Of a stretch of 64,000 bases of DNA, positions 18,671 through 27,556 are shown piece by piece. The stretch comes from an uncultured Bacilli bacterium. Lineage in GTDB: Bacteria; Bacillota_I; Bacilli_A; RF39; UBA660. The position numbers were made by a program, and so were the translations under genes. Location of the stretch: contig CAKPLP010000007.1 in NCBI GenBank assembly GCA_934167695.1, forward strand, positions 658-64,657. Direction: 5' to 3'. Positions within the stretch are counted from its first letter, which is position 1; each line of letters begins with the position of its first letter. Under the pieces are notes generated by a model. The model saw nothing but the letters and a program-made list of their open reading frames with translations. It searched no databases and was not told the DNA's origin.

Positions 18671-21600
18671 ATGAAAAATGATAAGAAAAAAATAGTATCG
18701 ATTGCAGGAATTTTATTTTTAGTTATTTTTGTAGTAGCAATAAGTTATGCAGCTTTTTCATATTCAAAAATAGGACGAGAGAATAAAATAACAACAGGTA
18801 CTATTAGTATGAACTATACTGAAGCAAATAACGGTCTTACAATAAATGAGGCCGTACCAACAACGGATGAAGAAGGAAAGATCCTTATTAGTCCTGGACA
18901 AGTATTTGACTTTACAGTAAGTATAGATATAGTAGGAGATTTCCAAGTTAGTTATGAGGTAGTAGCAGAAAAACAAGCATCATCAACTTTAGATGAAAAG
19001 TACGTAAAACTATACTTAGAAAGAGGCCTAGATGGTACAAACTATAGTGAAATAATGGAACCAAGTATATATGTAGGAATAGAAAAAGCAAGTGAGTTCG
19101 GAGCACCAACTGGTTCAATGATAATGGATACAGGTACAGTATCAAGTTCAACATTATATTATTATAGATTAAGGATGTGGCTAGACGAAAGCTATGAGTT
19201 AACATCAGAAGCAAAGAGCTTTACAGTTAAAGTAAATGTATATGGTACAACAGAAAAATATAAATTAGATAATGAAGGATTTGCTTGTACATTTAGTGAT
19301 AATGATACTTTATCTGTAGGTAATAAGAGTACTGTTGATTTAATATGTACAGATCAAACATCAGGTGTAGAGAAAAAACAACTTGCAATTTCAGACTTTG
19401 TAAATAGTGACTCAGAAGTAGGAGAGATAAAAGAAATAAGTAATCCAATAAAAATTAATGGAGGATATAAATATACCTTAACATTACAAGGAAAGAAAGC
19501 CGGCGAATTTAAATTAACATTGCCAGAAGGTAAGATAAGCGATAGATTAGGTAATAAAAATACAGAACAATCAAAAACATATAATGTAAGTAATACAATA
19601 TATAGAATAACTTATAAAATTGGTAAGAATGTTGAAACAATAGAAAAGGAATCTGATAGTTGTATAGTAAATGCAGATGGAAAGTGTGAAGTAACATTAC
19701 CATCTATTACTCCAAAAGCAGGATACACATCTTTAGGATGGAGTACAGAAGAAAATTCAGATACAGAAGGTTACAAAGAAAATACAAAATATGAAGTAAC
19801 AAGTAGTACAGTATTATATGCTCACGCTAAAGATATAACAGCACCAAAAGTAGTAATGGAAATAGAAGGCGATGAACAATATGATCAAAACAAAGAAGTA
19901 AAAGTAGACATAGTAGAAGAAGCAGGAGAAATAAGTGATGACGGTACTGTTGCATATGGATGGTCAACATCAAAAGATATAGAACCAACAACTTGGACAA
20001 CTGTAACATTTGCAGAAATGGAAAAAACAACAGGAAAATATACATTCAAAGCAACAGCAACAAACTTAACAGGAGAATATTACTTATTCGTAAAAGCAAA
20101 CTTAAAAGATAGTGTTGGTAACATTTCAAACGAAACAAAAATATCAACTAGTACATTTAAATTTGATAATGTAAAACCTATTTGTAAAATAACTGGAGAT
20201 AACACCATAATGGTAGAAGAAGCTAAAGAATTAACTTTAACTTGTACCGATGAAAACTCAAAAGTTATAGCAAAAGATTTAGATATAAGCAATATAGAAA
20301 TAAGTAATGATACAGGGAAAATATTATTAATCTCAGCAGCAACGAAAACCGAAAATGGTTATAAATATCAAATAAAACTAAAGGGATTAACAACAGGAAG
20401 TTTCAACGTAAGTTTAAAAGCAGGAATAATATCTGATAGCGCTGGAAATAAAAATGAAAAAGTAACAAGCGAGACAATAGAAGTAACAGGAAGAACCTAT
20501 ACAGCAACATACCAAAAGGGTAATAATATAGAGTCAATTAGTAGGGAAAGTGATACTTGTACAACTACTGGATCAAATACTAGTTGTGAAATAACTTTGC
20601 CTGAAATAGTAGCATCAGTAGGATATAGTCCTGCAGGATGGTATAATGAGGACAAGAGCAAACAAACAGCTCCAAATGCTAAATACACATTAACTAAAGA
20701 TGAAACATTAACAGCAGAAGCTGTAGTTAATAGTTATAAGGTAACTTATGACTATATGACAAACGGTGGAAGTGCTGTAAGTCAAAAAGAAGATAAAGTA
20801 AATTATAATAGTGCAGTAGACTTAAATGTAACAGCAACAAAAGATGGCTGGACATTTGTAGGATGGAATACAGACAAAGATGCAACAATAGGTCTAACAA
20901 GTCTAAAGATAGGTACAGAAGATGTAACCTTATATGCAATATTTAAAAAAGAAGTAACAGCAACATTTACTTATTATGATTCAGGACTAAAAAATGCAAC
21001 AACAAGTTGTGTAATGTACAATAATGAAACAGTATGTAATTACGAAATTCCAACAGTTGTAACATCAAGTGCTGGACCAAGTGAAACAGTATATAAAGGT
21101 GTTTCAACAAAAACATCAAGTACAGATTTAACTACAACATATAATAGTAATACAACAAAATACTATGCGGTATATGATGTTGTAAAAAGTGCAACATATT
21201 ATTATTACAATGGAACTACTCAAACAAGTACAACAGCAAGCGCTACAAGAACAGCATTAAGTGATGGAACAACATATAAAGTTACTGAAGGAAAAATAAC
21301 AATTCCAGAAGAAATAACAAAAAGCATAGGACCATCAAATGCAACATATAGTGGAATAGCAAGCTCAGTAAGTCAAACAACAAGTGCCGATAGTACAACA
21401 GCAAATAGTAAATACTATGCATACTATAGTGGAAAATGGAATATAAAATATGCCAAGGGTGCAGGAGTAAATACAATCGGATCAACAGGAACAACTTGTG
21501 ATAGTAATAAAGTTAGTAATGGAACAACATATCAAGAGACAAGTTGTGAAGTAACATTACCAGAAATAACAGCAGAATCAGGATACACAGTAACAGGATG

Positions 21601-24600
21601 GTACGAAGGATCAACAAAAGTAGGTAACGCAGGAGCAAAATACACAGTTAGTAAAGATGTAACATTAACGGCGCAAACAAATATAAATGCATATACAGTA
21701 ACTTATGACTATATGACAAACGGTGGAAGTGCTGTAAGTCAAAAAGAAGATAAAGTAAATTATAATAGTGCAGTAGACTTAAATGTAACAGCAACAAAAG
21801 ATGGCTGGACATTTGTAGGATGGAATACAGACAAAGATGCAACAATAGGTCTAACAAGTCTAAAGATAGGTACAGAAGATGTAACCTTATATGCAATATT
21901 TAAAAAAGAAGTAACAGCAACATTTACTTATTATGATTCAGGACTAAAAAATGCAACAACAAGTTGTGTAATGTACAATAATGAAACAGTATGTAATTAC
22001 GAAATTCCAACAGTTGTAACATCAAGTGCTGGACCAAGTGAAACAGTATATAAAGGTGTTTCAACAAAAACATCAAGTACAGATTTAACTACAACATATA
22101 ATAGTAATACAACAAAATACTATGCGGTATATGATGTTGTAAAAAGTGCAACATATTATTATTACAATGGAACTACTCAAACAAGTACAACAGCAAGCGC
22201 TACAAGAACAGCATTAAGTGATGGAACAACATATAAAGTTACTGAAGGAAAAATAACAATTCCAGAAGAAATAACAAAAAGCATAGGACCATCAAATGCA
22301 ACATATAGTGGAATAGCAAGCTCAGTAAGTCAAACAACAAGTGCCGATAGTACAACAGCAAATAGTAAATACTATGCATACTATAGTGGAAAATGGAATA
22401 TAAAATATGCCAAGGGTGCAGGAGTAAATACAATCGGATCAACAGGAACAACTTGTGATAGTAATAAAGTTAGTAATGGAACAACATATCAAGAGACAAG
22501 TTGTGAAGTAACATTACCAGAAATAACAGCAGAATCAGGATACACAGTAACAGGATGGTACGAAGGATCAACAAAAGTAGGTAACGCAGGAGCAAAATAC
22601 ACAGTTAGTAAAGATGTAACACTAACAGCGCAAACAAATATAAATGCATATACAGTAACTTATGACTATACAACAAATGGAGGAAATAGTGCAACAAAGA
22701 CAAGTGCAACAGTAAATTATAATAGTGCAATAGATCTAAGTGTAACAGCGACAAAAACAGGATATACATTTGTAGGATGGAATACAAATAAAGATGCAAC
22801 AACAGCACTAACAAGTTTAAAAATGGGGACAAGTAATATAACACTATATGCAATATTTAAAGATGCAACAGCACCAGTATGTAGTTTTGGAACAGCTCCA
22901 ACAATAAAATATGGATCAACAGGAACAATAACCTTAACTTGTACCGATAATGAACCTGGTATGAGTAGTCATACAATAGCTACAAGTGACTTAACGGTAT
23001 CAAATTCAAATGGTAGTATAACAGCAATAAGTGCACCAACAGCAGTAACAAAAGGATATACATATACAGTAACATTAAAAGGATTAACAGTAGGAACATT
23101 TACGGTAAGTTTAAATGAAAAAGTAATCAGTGATAAACTAGGAAATACAAATGTAAAGGCAACAAGCTCAAATGTAACAGTAGAAAAAATATCAGCAGTT
23201 AATCCAACGCTAACCGCATACACCGGTACATATGATGGGTCAAGTCATACAATCGAAGTAAGTGGAGGAAGTGGAGGTACTATTCAATATAGTACAGATA
23301 ACTCAACATGGTCTACAACAAAGCCTACAAGAACAAATGCCGGAACAACTACTGTATATGTTAGAGTTTTAGGTGATAGTAATCATAATACTACTTCATC
23401 AATTTCAGCAAATATAACAATTGCAAGAAAGTCAATAGAAGTTCCAACATGTACAGCAAAAACATATACAGGGGTAAGTCAAACTTTATTCAGTAGTGGT
23501 ACAGGATATACTGCAGGGGGAACAACAAGTGGAATAGATGCAGGAACATATACTGCAACAGCAACACCAACCGGAAATTACATGTGGAGTGATGGAACAA
23601 CAACTGCAAAGAATGTATCATGTAAAATAAATGCAAAAAGCGTAGCAGTAAGTTGGGGAACAACTACAACATTTACATATAGTGGAAGTGCTCAAGGACC
23701 AACAGTAAGTGCAGTAACAGGGGTAAGTGGAGAAACAGTAAACTTTACAAGAACAACAGCAACAAATGCCGGAAGTTATACATCAACAGCAAGCTGTAGT
23801 AGTGTAACAGGTGGAAGAGCAAAATGTGCAAATTATAGTTTAAGTGGTGCAACAAAGGCCTATACTATAAGTAAGAAAAGTATGACAAAACCAACAAGTC
23901 CAACAGCCAAGAACTATACAGGAAGCTCTCAAACAAGTGGAATAACATGTCCAACTGGAAGTACCGCAGGAGGAACAACAAGTGCAACAAATGCCGGAAC
24001 ATATAGTCAAACATGTACTCCAGATTCAAATCATATATGGAGTGATAATACAACCACTGCAGTATCAATATCATGGACAATAAATAAAGTAGCCGCAACA
24101 CTAACATGTAGTAATAAAACATATTCAGGAGTAAGTCAAACTGGATGTACATGTAGTGGTGGAACAATAGGTGGAACTTATTCAGGAATAGATGTAGGAA
24201 CATATACAGCAAGTTGTACAGCAGATTCAAATCATACATCACCAGCAAATAAAAGTTGGTCAGTATTAGCAAAAAGCGTAGCAGTAAGTTGGGGAACAAC
24301 TACAACATTTACATATAGTGGAAGTGCTCAAGGACCAACAGTAAGTGCAGTAACAGGGGTAAGTGGAGAAACAGTAAACTTTACAAGAACAACAGCAACA
24401 AATGCCGGAAGTTATACATCAACAGCAAGCTGTAGTAGTGTAACAGGTGGAAGAGCAAAATGTGCAAATTATAGTTTAAGTGGTGCAACAAAGGCCTATA
24501 CTATAAGTAAGAAAAGTATGACAAAACCAACAAGTCCAACAGCCAAGAACTATACAGGAAGCTCTCAAACAAGTGGAATAACATGTCCAACTGGAAGTAC

Positions 24601-25708
24601 CGCAGGAGGAACAACAAGTGCAACAAATGCCGGAACATATAGTCAAACGTGTACTCCAGATTCAAACCATATGTGGAGTGATAATACAACCGCTGCAGCA
24701 TCGATATCGTGGACAATAAATAAAATAGCAGCAGTTAATCCAACGCTAACCGCATACACTGGTACATATGATGGATCAAGTCATACAATCGGAGTAAGTG
24801 GAGGAAGTGGAGGTACTATCCAATATAGTACAAATAATTCTACATGGACTACTACAAAGCCTACAAGAACAGATGCAGGAACAACTACTGTATATGTTAG
24901 GGTTTTAGGTGATAGTAACCATAATACTACTTCAAGTATTAATGCAAAAATTACAATTAACAAAAAAACACCAACTGTTGTATTAACACCATCATCAGGA
25001 AAAGCCACAAAAGCTTCTTCACAAACAACATTTGAAGAACGAGCTGATGTAGCAGGTAAATTTTCAAATACAAGTGGAGCTGCAAGTATAGTATCTGTAG
25101 CACCAGCTACATATACAGATGTAGCTGCAAATACATCGCAAACAGTACATGTTGCAGGATTAGCAACTGGTACTGGTAATGTTGTAGTAACATTTACACC
25201 AACTAGTTCAAATTATGCAACTGTTACTAAAACATATTCGTTAACAAGTGATATTACTCTTCCAACATGGTCATTGGTAAGTGCAACAACTGAAACAATT
25301 TCAAAAACAGCAACTCCTCTTGAAACAATAACATTAAAAATAAAAGGAACTGATGATTCCGGTTCATCAACAAGTACACTAACAAATGATAATATTAAAG
25401 TTTACATAAACGGAAGTTTAGTAACGCCATCGAGCAAAGGTATATCAGCAACCGCAGGTGTAACAGGTGGTAAAGAGTATACAATATTAATAAGTGGTAT
25501 AAATTCAGCAGGTAGTATGACTGTTATGATTGACGCAGGTACATTAACAGATGCTGTTGGAAATGCAAGTGCCAAAGCATCAATAACAACAGGAATAACA
25601 ATTAGAAAATATACAGCATCTGAAGTAACATACAGTGGAACTTCAAGTGGAAGTAGTTGTACATCAGTACAATGTGCATTAGACGAAATTAGTAAAAAGG
25701 TAAGTTAG
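18671..25708 (+). CDS. Giant (2345 aa) secreted/cell-surface repeat protein
   Basis: N-terminal signal-anchor ending ISYAAFSYS. Next come a TasA-like module (GTISMNYTE...YYYRLRMWL), Ig-like modules ending ...D.(A/L)GN.N, GWxFVGWNT Listeria-Bacteroides-type repeats and many Yx(G)...NAGTY repeats. The C-terminal motif is VTYSGTSSGSSCTSVQCALDEI. No LPXTG. Confidence 0.85.
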   Translation: MKNDKKKIVSIAGILFLVIFVVAISYAAFSYSKIGRENKITTGTISMNYTEANNGLTINEAVPTTDEEGKILISPGQVFDFTVSIDIVGDFQVSYEVVAEKQASSTLDEKYVKLYLERGLDGTNYSEIMEPSIYVGIEKASEFGAPTGSMIMDTGTVSSSTLYYYRLRMWLDESYELTSEAKSFTVKVNVYGTTEKYKLDNEGFACTFSDNDTLSVGNKSTVDLICTDQTSGVEKKQLAISDFVNSDSEVGEIKEISNPIKINGGYKYTLTLQGKKAGEFKLTLPEGKISDRLGNKNTEQSKTYNVSNTIYRITYKIGKNVETIEKESDSCIVNADGKCEVTLPSITPKAGYTSLGWSTEENSDTEGYKENTKYEVTSSTVLYAHAKDITAPKVVMEIEGDEQYDQNKEVKVDIVEEAGEISDDGTVAYGWSTSKDIEPTTWTTVTFAEMEKTTGKYTFKATATNLTGEYYLFVKANLKDSVGNISNETKISTSTFKFDNVKPICKITGDNTIMVEEAKELTLTCTDENSKVIAKDLDISNIEISNDTGKILLISAATKTENGYKYQIKLKGLTTGSFNVSLKAGIISDSAGNKNEKVTSETIEVTGRTYTATYQKGNNIESISRESDTCTTTGSNTSCEITLPEIVASVGYSPAGWYNEDKSKQTAPNAKYTLTKDETLTAEAVVNSYKVTYDYMTNGGSAVSQKEDKVNYNSAVDLNVTATKDGWTFVGWNTDKDATIGLTSLKIGTEDVTLYAIFKKEVTATFTYYDSGLKNATTSCVMYNNETVCNYEIPTVVTSSAGPSETVYKGVSTKTSSTDLTTTYNSNTTKYYAVYDVVKSATYYYYNGTTQTSTTASATRTALSDGTTYKVTEGKITIPEEITKSIGPSNATYSGIASSVSQTTSADSTTANSKYYAYYSGKWNIKYAKGAGVNTIGSTGTTCDSNKVSNGTTYQETSCEVTLPEITAESGYTVTGWYEGSTKVGNAGAKYTVSKDVTLTAQTNINAYTVTYDYMTNGGSAVSQKEDKVNYNSAVDLNVTATKDGWTFVGWNTDKDATIGLTSLKIGTEDVTLYAIFKKEVTATFTYYDSGLKNATTSCVMYNNETVCNYEIPTVVTSSAGPSETVYKGVSTKTSSTDLTTTYNSNTTKYYAVYDVVKSATYYYYNGTTQTSTTASATRTALSDGTTYKVTEGKITIPEEITKSIGPSNATYSGIASSVSQTTSADSTTANSKYYAYYSGKWNIKYAKGAGVNTIGSTGTTCDSNKVSNGTTYQETSCEVTLPEITAESGYTVTGWYEGSTKVGNAGAKYTVSKDVTLTAQTNINAYTVTYDYTTNGGNSATKTSATVNYNSAIDLSVTATKTGYTFVGWNTNKDATTALTSLKMGTSNITLYAIFKDATAPVCSFGTAPTIKYGSTGTITLTCTDNEPGMSSHTIATSDLTVSNSNGSITAISAPTAVTKGYTYTVTLKGLTVGTFTVSLNEKVISDKLGNTNVKATSSNVTVEKISAVNPTLTAYTGTYDGSSHTIEVSGGSGGTIQYSTDNSTWSTTKPTRTNAGTTTVYVRVLGDSNHNTTSSISANITIARKSIEVPTCTAKTYTGVSQTLFSSGTGYTAGGTTSGIDAGTYTATATPTGNYMWSDGTTTAKNVSCKINAKSVAVSWGTTTTFTYSGSAQGPTVSAVTGVSGETVNFTRTTATNAGSYTSTASCSSVTGGRAKCANYSLSGATKAYTISKKSMTKPTSPTAKNYTGSSQTSGITCPTGSTAGGTTSATNAGTYSQTCTPDSNHIWSDNTTTAVSISWTINKVAATLTCSNKTYSGVSQTGCTCSGGTIGGTYSGIDVGTYTASCTADSNHTSPANKSWSVLAKSVAVSWGTTTTFTYSGSAQGPTVSAVTGVSGETVNFTRTTATNAGSYTSTASCSSVTGGRAKCANYSLSGATKAYTISKKSMTKPTSPTAKNYTGSSQTSGITCPTGSTAGGTTSATNAGTYSQTCTPDSNHMWSDNTTAAASISWTINKIAAVNPTLTAYTGTYDGSSHTIGVSGGSGGTIQYSTNNSTWTTTKPTRTDAGTTTVYVRVLGDSNHNTTSSINAKITINKKTPTVVLTPSSGKATKASSQTTFEERADVAGKFSNTSGAASIVSVAPATYTDVAANTSQTVHVAGLATGTGNVVVTFTPTSSNYATVTKTYSLTSDITLPTWSLVSATTETISKTATPLETITLKIKGTDDSGSSTSTLTNDNIKVYINGSLVTPSSKGISATAGVTGGKEYTILISGINSAGSMTVMIDAGTLTDAVGNASAKASITTGITIRKYTASEVTYSGTSSGSSCTSVQCALDEISKKVS
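20741..22654 (+). repeat. Near-identical tandem duplication, 2 x 957 bp (319 aa), plus a diverged partial third unit from 22655
   Basis: gtaacttatgactatatgac... recurs at 20741 and 21698 (offset 957). A diverged copy starts at 22655. The translated units are identical. Only a few differences were noticed, near the unit ends (acattaacggcg versus acactaacagcg). Confidence 0.9.
23636..24660 (+). repeat. Near-identical ~385-bp segment present twice, offset 636 bp
   Basis: aaaagcgtagcagtaagttgggg... appears at 23636 and 24272. The protein stretch KSVAVSWGTTTTFTYSGSAQGPTVSAV...NAGTYSQTCTPDSNH is repeated verbatim. Confidence 0.85.
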
Positions 25709-25768
25709 AAATAATTTACCTTTGCTAATTAAGTATAAATAGTAAAAGTAGAATAAGGAGAGGAAAAT

Positions 25769-26224
25769 ATGAGCAAAAAAACGAATAAAAGAGATTACAA
25801 ATCAATGGCAATCTTAGCAATAATATTAATTGTTACAGTTATATTACTAATACTAATATTTAAAACTTTATTTGGAGGAGCTATATCAACATCAAATGTT
25901 GACTTAGATAAAATAATCAAAAATAAAGAAACAAAAATAGTTTATGTTGAAAATAGTGATTCAAGTAAATGTAAAAATTGTTCTGAAATTAAAAAATATT
26001 TAGATAGTACAAAAATAAGTTATGCAACATACGATGTAAATAAAGTAAAAGACTCAGAATATAAAGACTTTCTAAACAAATTATATATAGATAGTGAAAT
26101 ATTTAACTATCCTGCAGTAATTTATATAAGAGAAGGATCAATGTATTCAAATATTATAAATATCAAAAAAACATCTGTAATTGATCAATTTATAAAAGAT
26201 TATGACTTGGAAAAAGTTAAATAA
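25769..26224 (+). CDS. Membrane-anchored thioredoxin/glutaredoxin-like protein (CxxC)
   Basis: N-terminal TM, then KIVYVENSDSSKCKNCSEIKKYL (beta-strand, CxxC, helix as in a Trx fold). SD aaggagagg. Confidence 0.6.
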   Translation: MSKKTNKRDYKSMAILAIILIVTVILLILIFKTLFGGAISTSNVDLDKIIKNKETKIVYVENSDSSKCKNCSEIKKYLDSTKISYATYDVNKVKDSEYKDFLNKLYIDSEIFNYPAVIYIREGSMYSNIINIKKTSVIDQFIKDYDLEKVK

Positions 26225-26234
26225 TTATTAAAAG

Positions 26235-26261
26235 GCTAATAAACATTTATTAGCTTTTTTT
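26235..26261 (+). terminator. Rho-independent terminator
   Basis: GCTAATAA-acat-TTATTAGC plus TTTTTTT. Confidence 0.65.
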
Positions 26262-26302
26262 ATTTTACTTTACATAAATATACAAAAATACAATGCTTTT
26301 CG

Positions 26303-26332
26303 TTGACTAAAAAAAATATTACGAGCTATAAT
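26303..26332 (+). promoter_or_regulatory. SigmaA-type promoter
   Basis: TTGACT, 18 nt, TATAAT. Confidence 0.5.
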
Positions 26333-26353
26333 TAATATGAATGAGGTGTCATA

Positions 26354-26917
26354 ATGAACTATAATACATACTATAAAAATTTAAGAAAAAAAGAACTAAT
26401 GAAAACAGCAATATTTACTATTTTCATTTTATTATTTACATGTATTTCAACATATAATATTTATAATAAATTTAAAGATAGTAGGGATGAAATTATGTCA
26501 TCAAAATCACTAGATGTAACATTTCATGAAAAGAATGAGGTAACAATAAATAAAATAACTCCAGTATCAGATTCAGTTGGCCTTTCATCAAAAGCATATA
26601 CCTTTACTATTAAAAATAATACTAATAAAAAAGTAAACTATATAGTAAAAATTGAAAAAGATACCAAAACAATAAAAGAAGATAATTGTGGAGAATATCA
26701 AATACCTTTAAATATTATTAAAACAGGAATTCACCAAGAAGGAGAAGTAAGTCAAATATATAATTTAGATGATTTAGAAGATGGAATAATAACTACTAGA
26801 ACCATAGGACCACAAAAACAAACTAATTATAAAATACGCTTCTGGATTTCTAAGAACACCCTTACATTAGGAGCAGACTTACATTTTCATGGTATAATAA
26901 AGGTAGTAGAAGGCTAA
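26354..26917 (+). CDS. Membrane-anchored TasA-like module protein (paralog family)
   Basis: TM, then SLDVTFHEKNEVTINKITPVSDSVGLSSKAYTFTIKNNTN...YKIRFWIS...LHFHGIIKV. Colinear with 26981-27556, 54436-55773 and the N-terminus of the giant protein. Confidence 0.6.
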   Translation: MNYNTYYKNLRKKELMKTAIFTIFILLFTCISTYNIYNKFKDSRDEIMSSKSLDVTFHEKNEVTINKITPVSDSVGLSSKAYTFTIKNNTNKKVNYIVKIEKDTKTIKEDNCGEYQIPLNIIKTGIHQEGEVSQIYNLDDLEDGIITTRTIGPQKQTNYKIRFWISKNTLTLGADLHFHGIIKVVEG

Positions 26918-26980
26918 AAATTAAAAAACTTTACTTTATAACCTAATATTTGTATAATAAAATAAAGATAGGTGAAATAT

Positions 26981-27556
26981 ATGAAAAAAGAAGATAAAAT
27001 TAGAAAAAATACATTTGTCATTATGATAGTTGCAACAATTACTTTAGTATTAACAAGTAGTTTTGCACTTTTTACATACTTTGGAGAAGGTCAAGAACAT
27101 AAAATGACAACAGGTACTTTAGTATTAAACTTAACAGAGGATAATTCATTAACATTAGCAAATACATATCCTATGAGTGATAAAGAAGCTTTAACTACAA
27201 AAGCATATTCATTTAAAATTAATAATATAGGAACGGAAGATGCAAAGTATAAATTATCCATAATAGACGATGCAACAAAATATGAACGAGATGGTTGTAG
27301 TAGTGAAAAATTACCATGGAGTGTTATAAAATACTCAGTAAAGAAAAATGATGGTCAAAATAATATTGGAATATTAGCAGATAACAACGGAATTATTGAC
27401 TCATCAACAATTAAAGCAAACTCTACAGATAATTATGAGGTAAGATTATGGATTAGTTCAACAGCAGGAAATGAAATAGCAAATCTTCACCTTCATGCAA
27501 AAATCAAAATTCAAGCAATTCTAACTAATAGAACAAATTACGAAACCGGAGCCTAA
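26981..27556 (+). CDS. Secreted TasA-like module protein with a SipW-type-looking signal
   Basis: TM ending SSFALFTYF, then GTLVLNLTEDNSLTLANTYPMSDKEALTTKAYSFKINNIGT...YEVRLWIS...LHLHAKIKI. Confidence 0.6.
   Translation: MKKEDKIRKNTFVIMIVATITLVLTSSFALFTYFGEGQEHKMTTGTLVLNLTEDNSLTLANTYPMSDKEALTTKAYSFKINNIGTEDAKYKLSIIDDATKYERDGCSSEKLPWSVIKYSVKKNDGQNNIGILADNNGIIDSSTIKANSTDNYEVRLWISSTAGNEIANLHLHAKIKIQAILTNRTNYETGA

Noticed and set aside
20741-24660. Regularly spaced repeats that might suggest a CRISPR array or satellite
   Set aside because: The periods are 957 and 636 bp, in frame, within one ORF, and they encode protein domains. There are no short direct repeats with unique spacers.
18764-25008. 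About fifteen minus-strand ORFs of 60-144 aa inside the giant gene
   Set aside because: They are antisense to a continuous 7-kb ORF. They translate to L/H/Y/F low-complexity sequence, the mirror of T/S/N/V-rich codons. Several are identical only because they fall in the duplicated segments. None has an SD.
25610-25708. Sortase (LPXTG) or other known cell-wall anchor at the C-terminus of the giant protein
   Set aside because: The C-terminus reads ...CTSVQCALDEISKKVS*, with no LPXTG, hydrophobic stretch or basic tail.
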